DNA of 43,045 nt from the NCBI GenBank assembly GCA_031406795.1, contig JANOHV010000271.1, forward strand, positions 1 to 43,045, written 5' to 3'. The stretch comes from Candidatus Rokuibacteriota bacterium. GTDB taxonomy: Bacteria; JAUVQV01; DATDCY01. Under the pieces are notes generated by a model. It did no database searches, was not told the origin of the DNA, and saw only the letters and a list, made by a program, of their open reading frames with translations. Both the position numbers and the translations under genes were made by a program. Shown piece by piece: positions 28,741 through 38,409 of this stretch (the first letter of the stretch is position 1; the number at the start of each line of letters is the position of its first letter).

Positions 28741-29837
28741 GCCTGGCTCCCCCGCACATCGCCTCGATCCAGCCCTATGTCCCCGGCAAGCCGATGGCCG
28801 AGCTTGAGCGCGAACTCGGCTTGAGTTCGACCATCAAACTCGCCTCGAACGAAAACCCGCTCGGCCCCTCGCCGAAAGTTCTGCGCGCCGTGCGGGCGCA
28901 CCTGGCCGAGATCAACCGCTATCCGGACGGGAGCGCCTTCGAGTTGACGCGCGCGCTCGCGGCGCGGCTCGAAGTCCCCCCGGAGGCCATCCTGCTTGGC
29001 AATGGGTCGAACGAAGTCATCGACATCGCGGTGCGCACGTTCCTGCGCCCCGGCGAGGAGGTGGTTTCCGCGGCGGGCGCATTCGTGGTCTACCAGCTCG
29101 CGACCCAGGCTGCCGGCGGGACAAACATCGTCGTGCCAATGCGCGAGCATACCCACGATCTCCCGGCGATGGCGGCCGCCACGACCCCGCGGACGCGCCT
29201 GGCTTTCGTCGCCAACCCCAACAACCCGACCGGAACCTGGGTCGCCGAGCGGGCGGTCGAACGCTTCCTGGCCGCGCTGCCCGCCGGGGTCATCGCCGTG
29301 TTCGACGAGGCGTATTTCGAATACGTCTCCCGCAGGACGTTTCCCGACACCCTGAAGCGCGTGCGTTCCGGGCGGCCGGTGTTCTGCCTGCGCACCTTCT
29401 CAAAGGCCTATGGCATCGCCGGGCTGCGCATCGGCTACCTGGTCGGCCCGCCCGAGTACGTGGCGGAGATGAACAAGGTCCGCGAGCCTTTCAACACGAA
29501 CCACCTCGCGCAGGTGGCGGCCGTCGCCGCGCTCGCCGACGAGCGGCACCTGCGGCGCGTGGTCCGGCTGAACCGGCGGGAGCGTCAGCGCCTTGGCGTC
29601 GGGCTCGCCGCACTCGGCCTGGAAGTCATTCCCTCCGAGGCGAACTTCCTGCTGGTCGGCATGCGGCGCGACGGCAACGCGCTCTATCAGGATCTGCTGC
29701 GCCGCGGAGTCATCGTCCGTCCCGTCAGCAGTTACGGCTATCCGCTGCACCTGCGCATTACCGTGGGGTTGCCGGAGCAGAACGACCGTCTCCTCGAGGC
29801 GCTGCGCGAATCGCTGGCCGCCGTCCCGGTGCGCTAG
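28737..29837 (+). CDS. hisC: Histidinol-phosphate / aromatic aminotransferase (pheA-linked HisC)
   Basis: YVPGKP, KLASNENP, GNGSNE, NPNNPTG, DEAY, RTFSKAYG; ATGA overlap with pheA. Confidence 0.93.
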   Translation: MSLAPPHIASIQPYVPGKPMAELERELGLSSTIKLASNENPLGPSPKVLRAVRAHLAEINRYPDGSAFELTRALAARLEVPPEAILLGNGSNEVIDIAVRTFLRPGEEVVSAAGAFVVYQLATQAAGGTNIVVPMREHTHDLPAMAAATTPRTRLAFVANPNNPTGTWVAERAVERFLAALPAGVIAVFDEAYFEYVSRRTFPDTLKRVRSGRPVFCLRTFSKAYGIAGLRIGYLVGPPEYVAEMNKVREPFNTNHLAQVAAVAALADERHLRRVVRLNRRERQRLGVGLAALGLEVIPSEANFLLVGMRRDGNALYQDLLRRGVIVRPVSSYGYPLHLRITVGLPEQNDRLLEALRESLAAVPVR

Positions 29838-29878
29838 CCCCTCCGCCCGGTTGTGTCCGGACGCCGCTCAGACCGCGG

Positions 29879-31771
29879 TCAGTATTGCGTGTGGCACCGG
29901 GCGCAGAGCGACATCACCTCGCGGTCCAAAAGATTCGGAAAGTCCGAGCCGTGCGGCTGGTGGCAGCCGCTGCAGGCGAGCGCGCCGTCCCTCTTGCGGA
30001 TCGGGAAGCGGGGGGGCAGCGACGCCTTCCCGCTCGCCGGCTGTCCGGTGCCCACGTCGATTTCGACGAAGAGGTGCAGCTCGTGCACCTCGGCGTGGCA
30101 GGTGCCGCAGATGTCGAAGGCGGTCTTCTTCAGCAGCGCCTTTTCCGGACCCCCATGCGGACCATGACAGGATGAACACATCCCCGAGAGGACGGGTGTG
30201 TGCGGGACCGCCCACTCTTTTCCGTCGCTGTTGAAGTTCTTCTCCTCGTGGCAGCCCGCGCACAGCGCTCGCTGGGGGGCGGTGAGGAGGCGGCGGCTCT
30301 GCGCGACGTGCGGTACATGGCAGGCCGGGCAGCCGTCGTCGAGCGCCGGGTGCGGCACCGCCCAGGCAGTCCCCGCGGGGTCGCGTGTCGGGTCCTTGTG
30401 GCACTTCAGACACAGCTCGCGTCCGGGAGCCGCCACCAGCAGCTTCGGCAGCGCGGCGCCGTGGGGTGCATGGCAGCGCGAGCAGGCCCCCTGGGCGACC
30501 GGCAGGTGGATCGAGCCGCCCTTGGCGGCGTCAGGGGCGGCGAACGCATCGTGGCATCCGAAGCACAGCGGGGCCTGCGGGCTCTTGAGCATGCCGGCCG
30601 CCGGGGCCACGTGCGGCAGGTGGCAGGCGAAGCAGCCGTCATCCAGTGCCGCGTGAGTCGTTGTCCACTCCTTGCCCTCGGGTGTCAGTGAAGGATCGTC
30701 GTGGCACTTGATGCACAGGGCCTTGCCCGGGGCGGCCAGCAGCTTCTGGAGATCGGAGCCGTGCACCGCGTGGCAACCGGCGCATTCCCCCTCCTCCACG
30801 GGACTGTGGCGCACCAGCTGCTTCCCCCCCTCCTCCTGCGGGAAGGGGTCGTGGCAGTCGGCGCATAATTGCGCTGCCGGCTTCTTGAGCAGCCGCGGGG
30901 CCTCGGCCACGTGTGGCAGGTGGCAGGAGGGGCAGCCGTCGTCGAGCGCAGGGTGCGGCACCGCCCACGCCGCGCCGCTCTTGTTCAGCGAGGGATCGGC
31001 GTGGCAGAGCAGGCAAAGCTTGACGCCCGTTGCCGACAACAGGTTCTTCGCCGCGGCGCCGTGGGCCCCGTGGCAGCCGGTGCATTCCCCCTGCTGCACC
31101 GGGCGGTGCATCCGCTTCTTCCCGCCCGCGGTGAAGTCGTCGTGGCAGCCGAAGCACAGGCCACGTTTCGCGGCGGGCGGCAGTTGCTTGAGCGAGAGCC
31201 GGTGGAAGGCGTGGCAACCGAGGCAGTCGCCCTCCTCGGCCGGAGGGTGGAGGACCGCCTGCGGCTTGCCGTCCTTGCCCTTGAGCACGTCGTCGTGGCA
31301 ACGCGCGCACAGCGCCGGCGGTTTCTCGAGGAGGCTCGCGCCCCCCCCCCCTGAAAACTTGTGACACTCCTCGCAGCCGTTGTCGACTGCGTGGGTGTCA
31401 GGAGCGGAGAAACCGGCCGGTGCGGGCGGGGCAGTTCCTCCCCCGAGAAAGACCGTCACTTTATGATCCAGCAGGGACAGGGAATTCTCGCCGGGATCGA
31501 GCTTGATCCGGACCGTGAATGCGCCGGCCCCCACCGGCTGCGTCCTTGACCCGCTCCCGCCGGTGATCGTCAGCGAGCCGGGCGCGCCCCCGGGAAGGTA
31601 CCCGAGCAGTTCGAGAGACCCGTCGCCCGCGAGCAACGCCCGGTCGGGCGGGTAGACAATCGCCGGCGCGGTCGCCGCTCGCGCCCCGCCGGCAGACAGA
31701 CCGATAACCAGCGCGAGGAGCGCGGCGCGAATCGCCGCAACCCGACGGCTCGTCAGACCCGAATAGCCCAT
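29879..31771 (-). CDS. Twenty-heme cytochrome c (paired-CXXCH repeats) with N-terminal Ig-like domain
   Basis: Signal peptide (AALLALVIGLSAGGARA); 20 CxxCH motifs counted; repeated HxPVxxGxCxxCHxxHG...LL...LCxxCH units. Confidence 0.92.
   Translation of the reverse strand: MGYSGLTSRRVAAIRAALLALVIGLSAGGARAATAPAIVYPPDRALLAGDGSLELLGYLPGGAPGSLTITGGSGSRTQPVGAGAFTVRIKLDPGENSLSLLDHKVTVFLGGGTAPPAPAGFSAPDTHAVDNGCEECHKFSGGGGASLLEKPPALCARCHDDVLKGKDGKPQAVLHPPAEEGDCLGCHAFHRLSLKQLPPAAKRGLCFGCHDDFTAGGKKRMHRPVQQGECTGCHGAHGAAAKNLLSATGVKLCLLCHADPSLNKSGAAWAVPHPALDDGCPSCHLPHVAEAPRLLKKPAAQLCADCHDPFPQEEGGKQLVRHSPVEEGECAGCHAVHGSDLQKLLAAPGKALCIKCHDDPSLTPEGKEWTTTHAALDDGCFACHLPHVAPAAGMLKSPQAPLCFGCHDAFAAPDAAKGGSIHLPVAQGACSRCHAPHGAALPKLLVAAPGRELCLKCHKDPTRDPAGTAWAVPHPALDDGCPACHVPHVAQSRRLLTAPQRALCAGCHEEKNFNSDGKEWAVPHTPVLSGMCSSCHGPHGGPEKALLKKTAFDICGTCHAEVHELHLFVEIDVGTGQPASGKASLPPRFPIRKRDGALACSGCHQPHGSDFPNLLDREVMSLCARCHTQY
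31341..31351. repeat. C11/G11 homopolymer within the 20-heme cytochrome CDS
   Basis: Coding strand TCA GGG GGG GGG GGC (S-G-G-G-G); the longest homopolymer I found in the window. Confidence 0.9.
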
Positions 31772-31834
31772 GGCTTCGTTCTTGAAGCAATATTCATGCT
31801 CAGCCCGCGTGCATTTTGCCAACGAAACTCATTG

Positions 31835-31863
31835 ATTATACAGAATAATTATTTCTGGGGCAA
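31835..31863 (-). promoter_or_regulatory. Probable promoter of the 20-heme cytochrome gene
   Basis: TTGCCC, 17-nt spacer, TATAAT; the spacer is a near-palindrome. Confidence 0.6.
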
Positions 31864-31927
31864 GCGTCAATCCCAACAGGTGCGTCAAATGCCACACATT
31901 GCCTGGAAAATGTGCCCCGATCGGGGT

Positions 31928-33001
31928 CTAGCACCGGAACTCCGCCTGCAAGGCTTCGAGAAAAAGATCGTTCTCCGACTGCACGCCGACGGTGACTCTC
32001 AGGCAACCGGAAAGCAGTCCCGGGGCGCCGCCGAGATCGCGGACGAGGACCCCCTTGCGACGCAGGGCTTCGAACACCAGGCGCGATGTCCGGTTCGTCC
32101 GAAAGAGGATGAAGTTCGCGTCGCTGGGGAAGATCGTGATCCCCGGCACGCGGGCCAGCGCGCCTGCGACGCGCGCGCGCTCCGCGAGGATCGCGCGAAC
32201 CTGGCCCTCGAGAAACGCGCCGTTTTCGAGCACCGTCTGCGCCGCGATCTGCGAAAAACTGCCGACATTGTACGGCAGGCGCACTTTGTCGAGTTCCCCG
32301 ACCACCTGCGCATCCGCGAGCAGAACGCCCAGGCGCAGCGCCGCAAGACCGATTTTCGAGAGCGTTTGCAGGACGACCAGGTTGCGGTGGCGCGCCAGAA
32401 GATCGACGACGCTGACGCCGGCGAAGTCGTGATAGGCCTCGTCGATGACGACGATCCCGGATGCCGCCTGGGTGTAGCGCTCCATGACGCCCCGGTCGAA
32501 CAGGTTCCCGGTGGGGTTGTTCGGCGACGCGAAGATGCTCAGGCGCGGCTTGCACCGGCCGGCGCTCCTCGCCAGTTCCGCTTCGTTCAGTGCGAAGGAG
32601 GCAGTCAGCGGCACCTCTTCGACGCGCCAACCCAGACAGACCGCGATATGGCGGTACATCGAGAACGTCGGCGTCGGCACCAGCAGCGTCGCCCCGCCTC
32701 CGCCGCAGGCCGCGAGCAGGAGCAGGATCAGGTCATCGGAACCGTTGCCGAGCAGCACCCCCTCCGGCGTCCAGCCGCAGCGGTCGGCGAGCGCCCGCCG
32801 CAGCGCGGTCGCCGCCGGGTCGGGGTAGCGGTTGAGCTCCAGGGCGGCCGCGGCGGCGCCGATGCGCGCCATCAGCGCCGCGGGCGGCGGACAGGGGTTT
32901 TCATTGGCGTCGAGCTTGATCAGCCCGTGCGCCTCTTCGGCCTCGTAGCGACGCAGGCTCCGCAGTTCCGGCCTGAACAGACGCGCGACTTCCTCGCTCA
33001 C
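31928..33001 (-). CDS. hisC: Histidinol-phosphate aminotransferase (his-operon copy)
   Basis: KLDANENP, NRYPD, GNGSDD, SPNNPTG, DEAY, TLSK; GTGA overlap with hisD. Confidence 0.92.
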   Translation of the reverse strand: MSEEVARLFRPELRSLRRYEAEEAHGLIKLDANENPCPPPAALMARIGAAAAALELNRYPDPAATALRRALADRCGWTPEGVLLGNGSDDLILLLLAACGGGGATLLVPTPTFSMYRHIAVCLGWRVEEVPLTASFALNEAELARSAGRCKPRLSIFASPNNPTGNLFDRGVMERYTQAASGIVVIDEAYHDFAGVSVVDLLARHRNLVVLQTLSKIGLAALRLGVLLADAQVVGELDKVRLPYNVGSFSQIAAQTVLENGAFLEGQVRAILAERARVAGALARVPGITIFPSDANFILFRTNRTSRLVFEALRRKGVLVRDLGGAPGLLSGCLRVTVGVQSENDLFLEALQAEFRC

Positions 33002-34290
33002 GCCTTCTCCCTGCGGACCAGCACCGACCGGGCGTGCGCCTCCAGCCCTTCGAGTCGCGCGAAGCGCACGACCTTGTCGGCCATGGCCGCGAATTGCTCC
33101 TCGGAGAACGACATGATGTTCGAGCGCTTCTGGAAGTCCGGGGTTCCCAGGGTCGAGAAGAAGCGCGCCGAGCCGCCCGTCGGCAGCACATGGTTGGGTC
33201 CCGCGAGGTAATCGCCGAGGGCCTCGGGGGTGTGCGCCCCGAGAAAGACGCTGCCGGCATTGCGGATCAGCGGCAGGAATTGCAGCGGCTCGCGCACGAG
33301 CAACTCGAAGTGTTCGGGTGCCACGGTGTTGGCGACCTGGATGCCCTGCTGCAGGTCGCGGACGACCAGGATCAGACCCTGACCGCGCAGCGCGGCGCGG
33401 GCGATCTCGGGACGCGGCAGCGCGTCGACCTGTCTCTCGACCTCGACCCGGGTGCGGTCGGCGAGCTTCTGCGAGTCGGTCACCAGCACGCAGGTCGCCA
33501 GTTCGTCGTGCTCGGCCTGCGAGAGCAAATCGGCCGCGATGTGACGGGGATCGGCGGAGGCGTCGGCGAGAATGAGGATCTCGCTGGGACCGGCGATCAT
33601 GTCGATGTCGACTTCGCCGAACACCAGCTTCTTGGCAGTCGCGACGTAGATGTTGCCCGGCCCGACGATCTTGTCGACCCGCGGGATCGTCGCCGTCCCG
33701 TAGGCCAGCGCCCCGACCGCCTGGGCGCCGCCGATGCGGTAGATCTCCTCGAGTCCGAGCATGTCGGCCACGACGAGCACGTGCGGGTTGAGCACGCCCT
33801 CCGGCGCCGGCGTGCAGATCGCGAGCGACGGGACGCCGGCGACTTGAGCCGGGATCGCGTTCATCAGCACCGAACTCGGGTAGGCGGCCTTCCCTCCGGG
33901 CACGTAGAGCCCGACCCGCCCGATCGGCGTGACCAGCTGGCCGAGCAGCGTTCCGTCCGCGGAGGCCTCGAACCACGACTCGGCCCGCTGCCGCTGGTGG
34001 AAGGCGCGAATGCGCCCCGCCGACTCCTCGAAGAGCGCCAGGGTCTCGCGCGGAACCTTGCGGTAGGCCTGCCGCACCTCCTTCCTGCTCACGGGGAACT
34101 GCGCCGGCGCCAGGCGCACCCGGTCGAAGCGCTCCGTGTACTCGGCAACGGCCTCGTCCCCGCGCAGCTGCACCTCCTGCAGGATCTGTCTGACCGGCTC
34201 TTCGACGGCGGTGGCGTCGCGCCGGCCGCGATGTTCGAGACAGTTGAGCATTTCGCGAAATTCGCGATCCCGGTACCGGACTGTCTTCAT
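32998..34290 (-). CDS. hisD: Histidinol dehydrogenase
   Basis: YVPGGKAAYPSS, GPGNIYV, DMIAGPSE, SQAEHD, APEH, GDYLAGPNHVLPT. Confidence 0.97.
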   Translation of the reverse strand: MKTVRYRDREFREMLNCLEHRGRRDATAVEEPVRQILQEVQLRGDEAVAEYTERFDRVRLAPAQFPVSRKEVRQAYRKVPRETLALFEESAGRIRAFHQRQRAESWFEASADGTLLGQLVTPIGRVGLYVPGGKAAYPSSVLMNAIPAQVAGVPSLAICTPAPEGVLNPHVLVVADMLGLEEIYRIGGAQAVGALAYGTATIPRVDKIVGPGNIYVATAKKLVFGEVDIDMIAGPSEILILADASADPRHIAADLLSQAEHDELATCVLVTDSQKLADRTRVEVERQVDALPRPEIARAALRGQGLILVVRDLQQGIQVANTVAPEHFELLVREPLQFLPLIRNAGSVFLGAHTPEALGDYLAGPNHVLPTGGSARFFSTLGTPDFQKRSNIMSFSEEQFAAMADKVVRFARLEGLEAHARSVLVRREKA

Positions 34291-34338
34291 CTTCAATCCT
34301 CCCTGAGTCTTGCCAGTTCGCTGAACAGGGCGTTGCCG

Positions 34339-35598
34339 CTAGGCTCGTTCCCTGACGCGACCGGTCCGCGCGCCGATCCCGGCGAGCTTTTCGTCGAGTC
34401 GCTCGTAGCCGCGGTCGAGATGGTAAGCGCGGGCGACGACCGTTTCCCCCTCGGCGCGCAGCCCCGCCAGCACCAGCGAGGCGCTCGCCCGCAGATCGGT
34501 GGCCATCACGCGGGCGCCCGAGAGCGACGCCTTGCCGCGCACGATCGCCAGATTGCCGTCGAGCGTAATGTCCGCGCCCAGACGTTTGAGCTCGGCAACG
34601 TGCACGTAGCGATTCTCGAAAATGGTCTCGTGGATGACCCCCAGGCCGCGCGAGACGGCGAGTAGCGCCATGAACTGCGCCTGCATGTCGGTCGGGAACT
34701 CGGGATAGGGACCGGTCTTGATGTCGACCGCGCGCGGCCGCGGCGGCCCCTCGACACGCACACCCGCCGGGGTCTCCTCCACGCGCGCGCCCGCTTCGCG
34801 CAGCTTGGCGAGAACCGCGCCGAGATGCGCCGGGTCGGCGCCTTCCACCAGCACGTCGCCGCGGGTGATCGCGGCGGCGAGCATCAGGGTGCCCGCCTCG
34901 ATGCGGTCGGGCATGACCGTGTGGTCGAGCGGCCGCAGTTGTTCGACCCCGTGGACGACGATCGCGGCGGTCCCGGCGCCGAAAATGCGCGCGCCCATGC
35001 CGCTGAGCGCCCGGGCGAGATCGGTGATCTCGGGCTCGCAGGCGGCGTTGGTGATCTCGGTCGAACCCTCGGCGGTCACCGCCGCCATCAAGGCATTCTC
35101 GGTCCCGGTGACGGTCTGTTTCTCAAAGTGGATGCGCGCGCCCCGCAACCTGCCGGAACGCGCCGTGATGTAGCCGTGCTCAATGGCGATCTCCGCGCCA
35201 AGGGCGCGCATCGCCGCCAGGTGCAGGTTCACCGGCCGTTCGCCGATGGCGCACCCCCCGGGGAGCGAGACCCGCGCCTGGCCGGCGCGCGCCAGCAGCG
35301 GGCCGAGCACCAGAACCGAGGCGCGCATCGTCTTGACCAGGTCGTAGGGTGCCTCCTCGCCGCTCAGCGCCCTCGTGCTGATAAAGAGTTCGCCGCCCCG
35401 CCACTCGACCTTCGCGCCGAGAATCTCGAGCAGCTGCGTCATGGTGTCCACGTCGCGCAGGTGCGGGACATTGCGCACCCGATGCTCCCCGGGAACGAGG
35501 ATGGTGGCCGCGAGAATGGGCAGGGCGGCATTCTTCGCGCCGCCGACCCGCACACTGCCGCGCAGGCGCGGCCCGCCGGCGATCGTGATGCTTTCCAT
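34339..35598 (-). CDS. murA: UDP-N-acetylglucosamine 1-carboxyvinyltransferase
   Basis: GAKNAALP, MRAS, LPGGCAIG, PDRIEAGT, FPTDMQAQ, TDLRA. Confidence 0.98.
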   Translation of the reverse strand: MESITIAGGPRLRGSVRVGGAKNAALPILAATILVPGEHRVRNVPHLRDVDTMTQLLEILGAKVEWRGGELFISTRALSGEEAPYDLVKTMRASVLVLGPLLARAGQARVSLPGGCAIGERPVNLHLAAMRALGAEIAIEHGYITARSGRLRGARIHFEKQTVTGTENALMAAVTAEGSTEITNAACEPEITDLARALSGMGARIFGAGTAAIVVHGVEQLRPLDHTVMPDRIEAGTLMLAAAITRGDVLVEGADPAHLGAVLAKLREAGARVEETPAGVRVEGPPRPRAVDIKTGPYPEFPTDMQAQFMALLAVSRGLGVIHETIFENRYVHVAELKRLGADITLDGNLAIVRGKASLSGARVMATDLRASASLVLAGLRAEGETVVARAYHLDRGYERLDEKLAGIGARTGRVRERA

Positions 35599-35599
35599 G

Positions 35600-36457
35600 T
35601 CAGGCGGCCCTCCTCGCCGCGATCACCCGCTCGATGCCGCCGAGATCGCGACGGCTCGAGATTTCGACGAACCGGCCGGTCCGCTGCAGCAGCGTGCGCA
35701 CCCGGTCGGCCTGTCCCGCGCCGATCTCGAGCAGCAGCCAGCCGCCGTGACGCAGCAGCGGCGCCGCGCCCGCGACGATCCGCCCGATCAGGGCAAGTCC
35801 GTCGGGCCCGCCGTCGAGCGCCGCGCGCGGCTCGAAGTCGCGCACCTCCGCCTGGAGACCCTCGATCTCGGCCGTAGGGATGTACGGCGGGTTCGAAACG
35901 AGCGCGTCGAGCGACCCGGGACGGGCGCACAGCGGCTCGAGCAGGTCGCCTTCGCGGAACTCGATGCGGTCAGCCAGACCGTGCTCGGCGGCGTTGGCCC
36001 GCGCGACCGCGAGAGCCGGCGCCGAGCGATCGGTGCCGAGGAAAGCGCCGGCCCCAAGTTCGCGCGCCACCGCGATCACGATGGCCCCCGACCCGGTGCC
36101 GACATCCGCCACGCGCGCCCCGGGGCGGAGGCGATCGAGTGCGGCCTCGACCAGGGTCTCGGTCTCGGGACGCGGGACGAGCACGTGGGGATCGACCCGC
36201 AGGCGCAGGGACCAGAATTCACGCTCCCCGGTGACGTACGCCAGGGGGATACGCCGCGCCCGCTCCGCGAGCAGCCGCTCGTACCGCGGGGTGACCTGCG
36301 GATCCACCGGCTCGCGACCCCGGGCGAGCAGCGCCGCGCGATCAATCCCGGCAGCGTGCTCGAACAGCACGCAGGCCTCGAGACCCGCCGTCTCGATCCC
36401 GACGGCCGCCAGCCGCGCGCGGCCCCGCTCGACCGCAGCGGCGATCGTCCCCGTCAC
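35600..36457 (-). CDS. prmC: Release factor glutamine methyltransferase
   Basis: PRPETE, DVGTGSG, SNPPY, ALDGG. Confidence 0.96.
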   Translation of the reverse strand: MTGTIAAAVERGRARLAAVGIETAGLEACVLFEHAAGIDRAALLARGREPVDPQVTPRYERLLAERARRIPLAYVTGEREFWSLRLRVDPHVLVPRPETETLVEAALDRLRPGARVADVGTGSGAIVIAVARELGAGAFLGTDRSAPALAVARANAAEHGLADRIEFREGDLLEPLCARPGSLDALVSNPPYIPTAEIEGLQAEVRDFEPRAALDGGPDGLALIGRIVAGAAPLLRHGGWLLLEIGAGQADRVRTLLQRTGRFVEISSRRDLGGIERVIAARRAA

Positions 36458-37521
36458 TCCGGGCCCCCGCTCAGCGCCATGGACTGGAAATGAGCTGCGA
36501 GCGCGTCGATCATCTCCTGGATGTCGCCCTCCATGAAGCTCTCGAGCCGGTAGATGGTCAGGCCGATCCGGTGATCGGTCACGCGGTTCTGGGGGAAATT
36601 GTAGGTCCGGATCCGCTCGCTGCGGTCCCCGGTGCCGACCATGCCCTTGCGCTCGGAGGCACGCTTCGCCGCCGCCGCCGCCTCGAGGCGATCCTTGAGG
36701 CGCGCGCGCAGGATGCGCAGGCCCTTGGCCTTGTTCTTGTGCTGGGACTTCTCGTCCTGACAGGAAACGACGAGTCCGGTCGGCAGGTGCGTAATGCGCA
36801 CCGCGGAGTCGGTCGTGTTGACGCTCTGGCCGCCGGGGCCCGAAGACCGGAAGACGTCGATCCGGAGCTCCTCGGGTTTGATGTCGATCTCGACTTCCTC
36901 CGCCTCGGGGAGCACGGCGACCGTGACGGCCGAGGTGTGAATCCGTCCACTGCCCTCGGTGACCGGCACGCGCTGCACGCGGTGGACGCCTGCCTCGTAC
37001 TTGAGGACGCTGTAGGCGCCGTGGCCCTCGACGAGGGCGATGACTTCCCGGAGGCCGCCGATGCCGGTCGAGGTCTGGCTCATGACCTCGATGCGCCAGC
37101 GCCGCCCCTCGGCGAAACGGCAGTACATCCGGAACAACTCGGCGGCGAAGAGTGCAGCCTCCTCCCCCCCCGTGCCGCCCCGGATCTCCAGAAAGGTGTT
37201 CTTGTCGTCATTCGGGTCGCGCGGCGTCAGCAGGACGCGCAGCTCGCGCTCGCTGGTCTGGAGCTGCTCGGCGAGTTCGACCAGCTCCTCCTGCGCCAGG
37301 GAGCGCAGTTCGGCGTCGCCCTCCTCGAGCAGGGCGCGGCTCTCGTCTTGACGCAGCCGCAGCTGCCGGTATTCCTGATATTTCTCGACGATCGGCCCGA
37401 CGGTGCCGCGCTCGATCATCAGCTCCCGGTAGCGCTGCCGGTCGCCGAGGACCGCAGGGTCGGCCAGCTGCCGGTCGATCTCCTCGCAGCGTTTCTCGAC
37501 TTCAGCCAGCTTGGTGAACAC
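36454..37521 (-). CDS. prfA: Peptide chain release factor 1
   Basis: [10 protein letters not shown] (PxT motif), [15 protein letters not shown]. Confidence 0.98.
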   Translation of the reverse strand: MFTKLAEVEKRCEEIDRQLADPAVLGDRQRYRELMIERGTVGPIVEKYQEYRQLRLRQDESRALLEEGDAELRSLAQEELVELAEQLQTSERELRVLLTPRDPNDDKNTFLEIRGGTGGEEAALFAAELFRMYCRFAEGRRWRIEVMSQTSTGIGGLREVIALVEGHGAYSVLKYEAGVHRVQRVPVTEGSGRIHTSAVTVAVLPEAEEVEIDIKPEELRIDVFRSSGPGGQSVNTTDSAVRITHLPTGLVVSCQDEKSQHKNKAKGLRILRARLKDRLEAAAAAKRASERKGMVGTGDRSERIRTYNFPQNRVTDHRIGLTIYRLESFMEGDIQEMIDALAAHFQSMALSGGPE

Positions 37522-38392
37522 CGCGGACTCCCCTTTCCATCTCCAACACCTCGCGCAGCGCGCGCAGGGCCACTTCGATCTGGTCGTCGCTCGGGGGCCG
37601 CGTCGTCAGGGCCTGCAGCCAGTACCCCGGCGCCGCCAGCCAGCTCGCACGCGGGCGGGCGCCGAGGCGCAGGATCTCGAAGGCGATCCCGGCGACAAGC
37701 GGCAGCAGCGCCAGGCGCGAAACGAACTTCGCGAAGAAGCCCCAGGGCCCCGGGATGAACGAAAATACCAGCACGCTCACGGCAACGACGACAAGCAGGA
37801 AGTTCGTGCCGCAGCGCGGGTGGCGGGTCGAGTGGGCGCGGGCGCCCGCCACCGTGAGCGGATCGCCGTGTTCGTACGCCGAGACGACCATGTGCTCGGC
37901 TCCGTGGTACTCGAAAACCCGCCGAATCTCTGACCATTGGGCGATCAGCGCGAGATAGACGAGAAAGATGACGAGCCGGATCGAACCATCCACCCCGTTG
38001 AAGGCGAACCCCGCGCCGAGAGACGGCGCCAGGCGGGCGATCCCCTGGGTCAGCGCCAGCGGCAGCAGGAAGAAGATCCCGATGCCGGCGGCGACGGCGA
38101 CCGCCGACGCGAGCGCCATGCCGAGAGCGTTCGGCACCTCCTCCTCGGCAACCGCCTGCGCCGCGGAGAACCGCAACGCCCGCATGCCATGGGCCAGCGA
38201 CTGCAGCAGCGCGGGCGTTCCCCGCAGCACGGGCAGCCGCAGCAGCCGCCAGCGATCCGAGAGCAGGCGCAGCGGTTCGCGCAGCACCGCGACCTGGCCG
38301 TCCGGACGGCGGACCGCGACGGCAAGCGATCGCGGGGCGCGCATCATGACCCCTTCGATCACCGCCTGTCCGCCGATCAATGGCTCTCCCAT
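37502..38392 (-). CDS. DUF1385 domain membrane protein
   Basis: [34 protein letters not shown]. Confidence 0.93.
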   Translation of the reverse strand: MGEPLIGGQAVIEGVMMRAPRSLAVAVRRPDGQVAVLREPLRLLSDRWRLLRLPVLRGTPALLQSLAHGMRALRFSAAQAVAEEEVPNALGMALASAVAVAAGIGIFFLLPLALTQGIARLAPSLGAGFAFNGVDGSIRLVIFLVYLALIAQWSEIRRVFEYHGAEHMVVSAYEHGDPLTVAGARAHSTRHPRCGTNFLLVVVAVSVLVFSFIPGPWGFFAKFVSRLALLPLVAGIAFEILRLGARPRASWLAAPGYWLQALTTRPPSDDQIEVALRALREVLEMERGVRGVHQAG

Positions 38393-38409
38393 TCCCGCCC
38401 GAGACCCGC

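Noticed and set aside
30672-31364. Cys/Trp-rich plus-strand ORFs over the cytochrome gene
   Set aside because: The recurring WQ/WH pattern is just the reverse complement of CH codons in the CxxCH motifs.
31783-31822. Sigma54 promoter for the 20-heme gene
   Set aside because: Both candidates are flawed: GAGCATGAATATTGCT lacks the invariant GG, and TGGCAAAATGCACGC lacks the TTGC -12 box.
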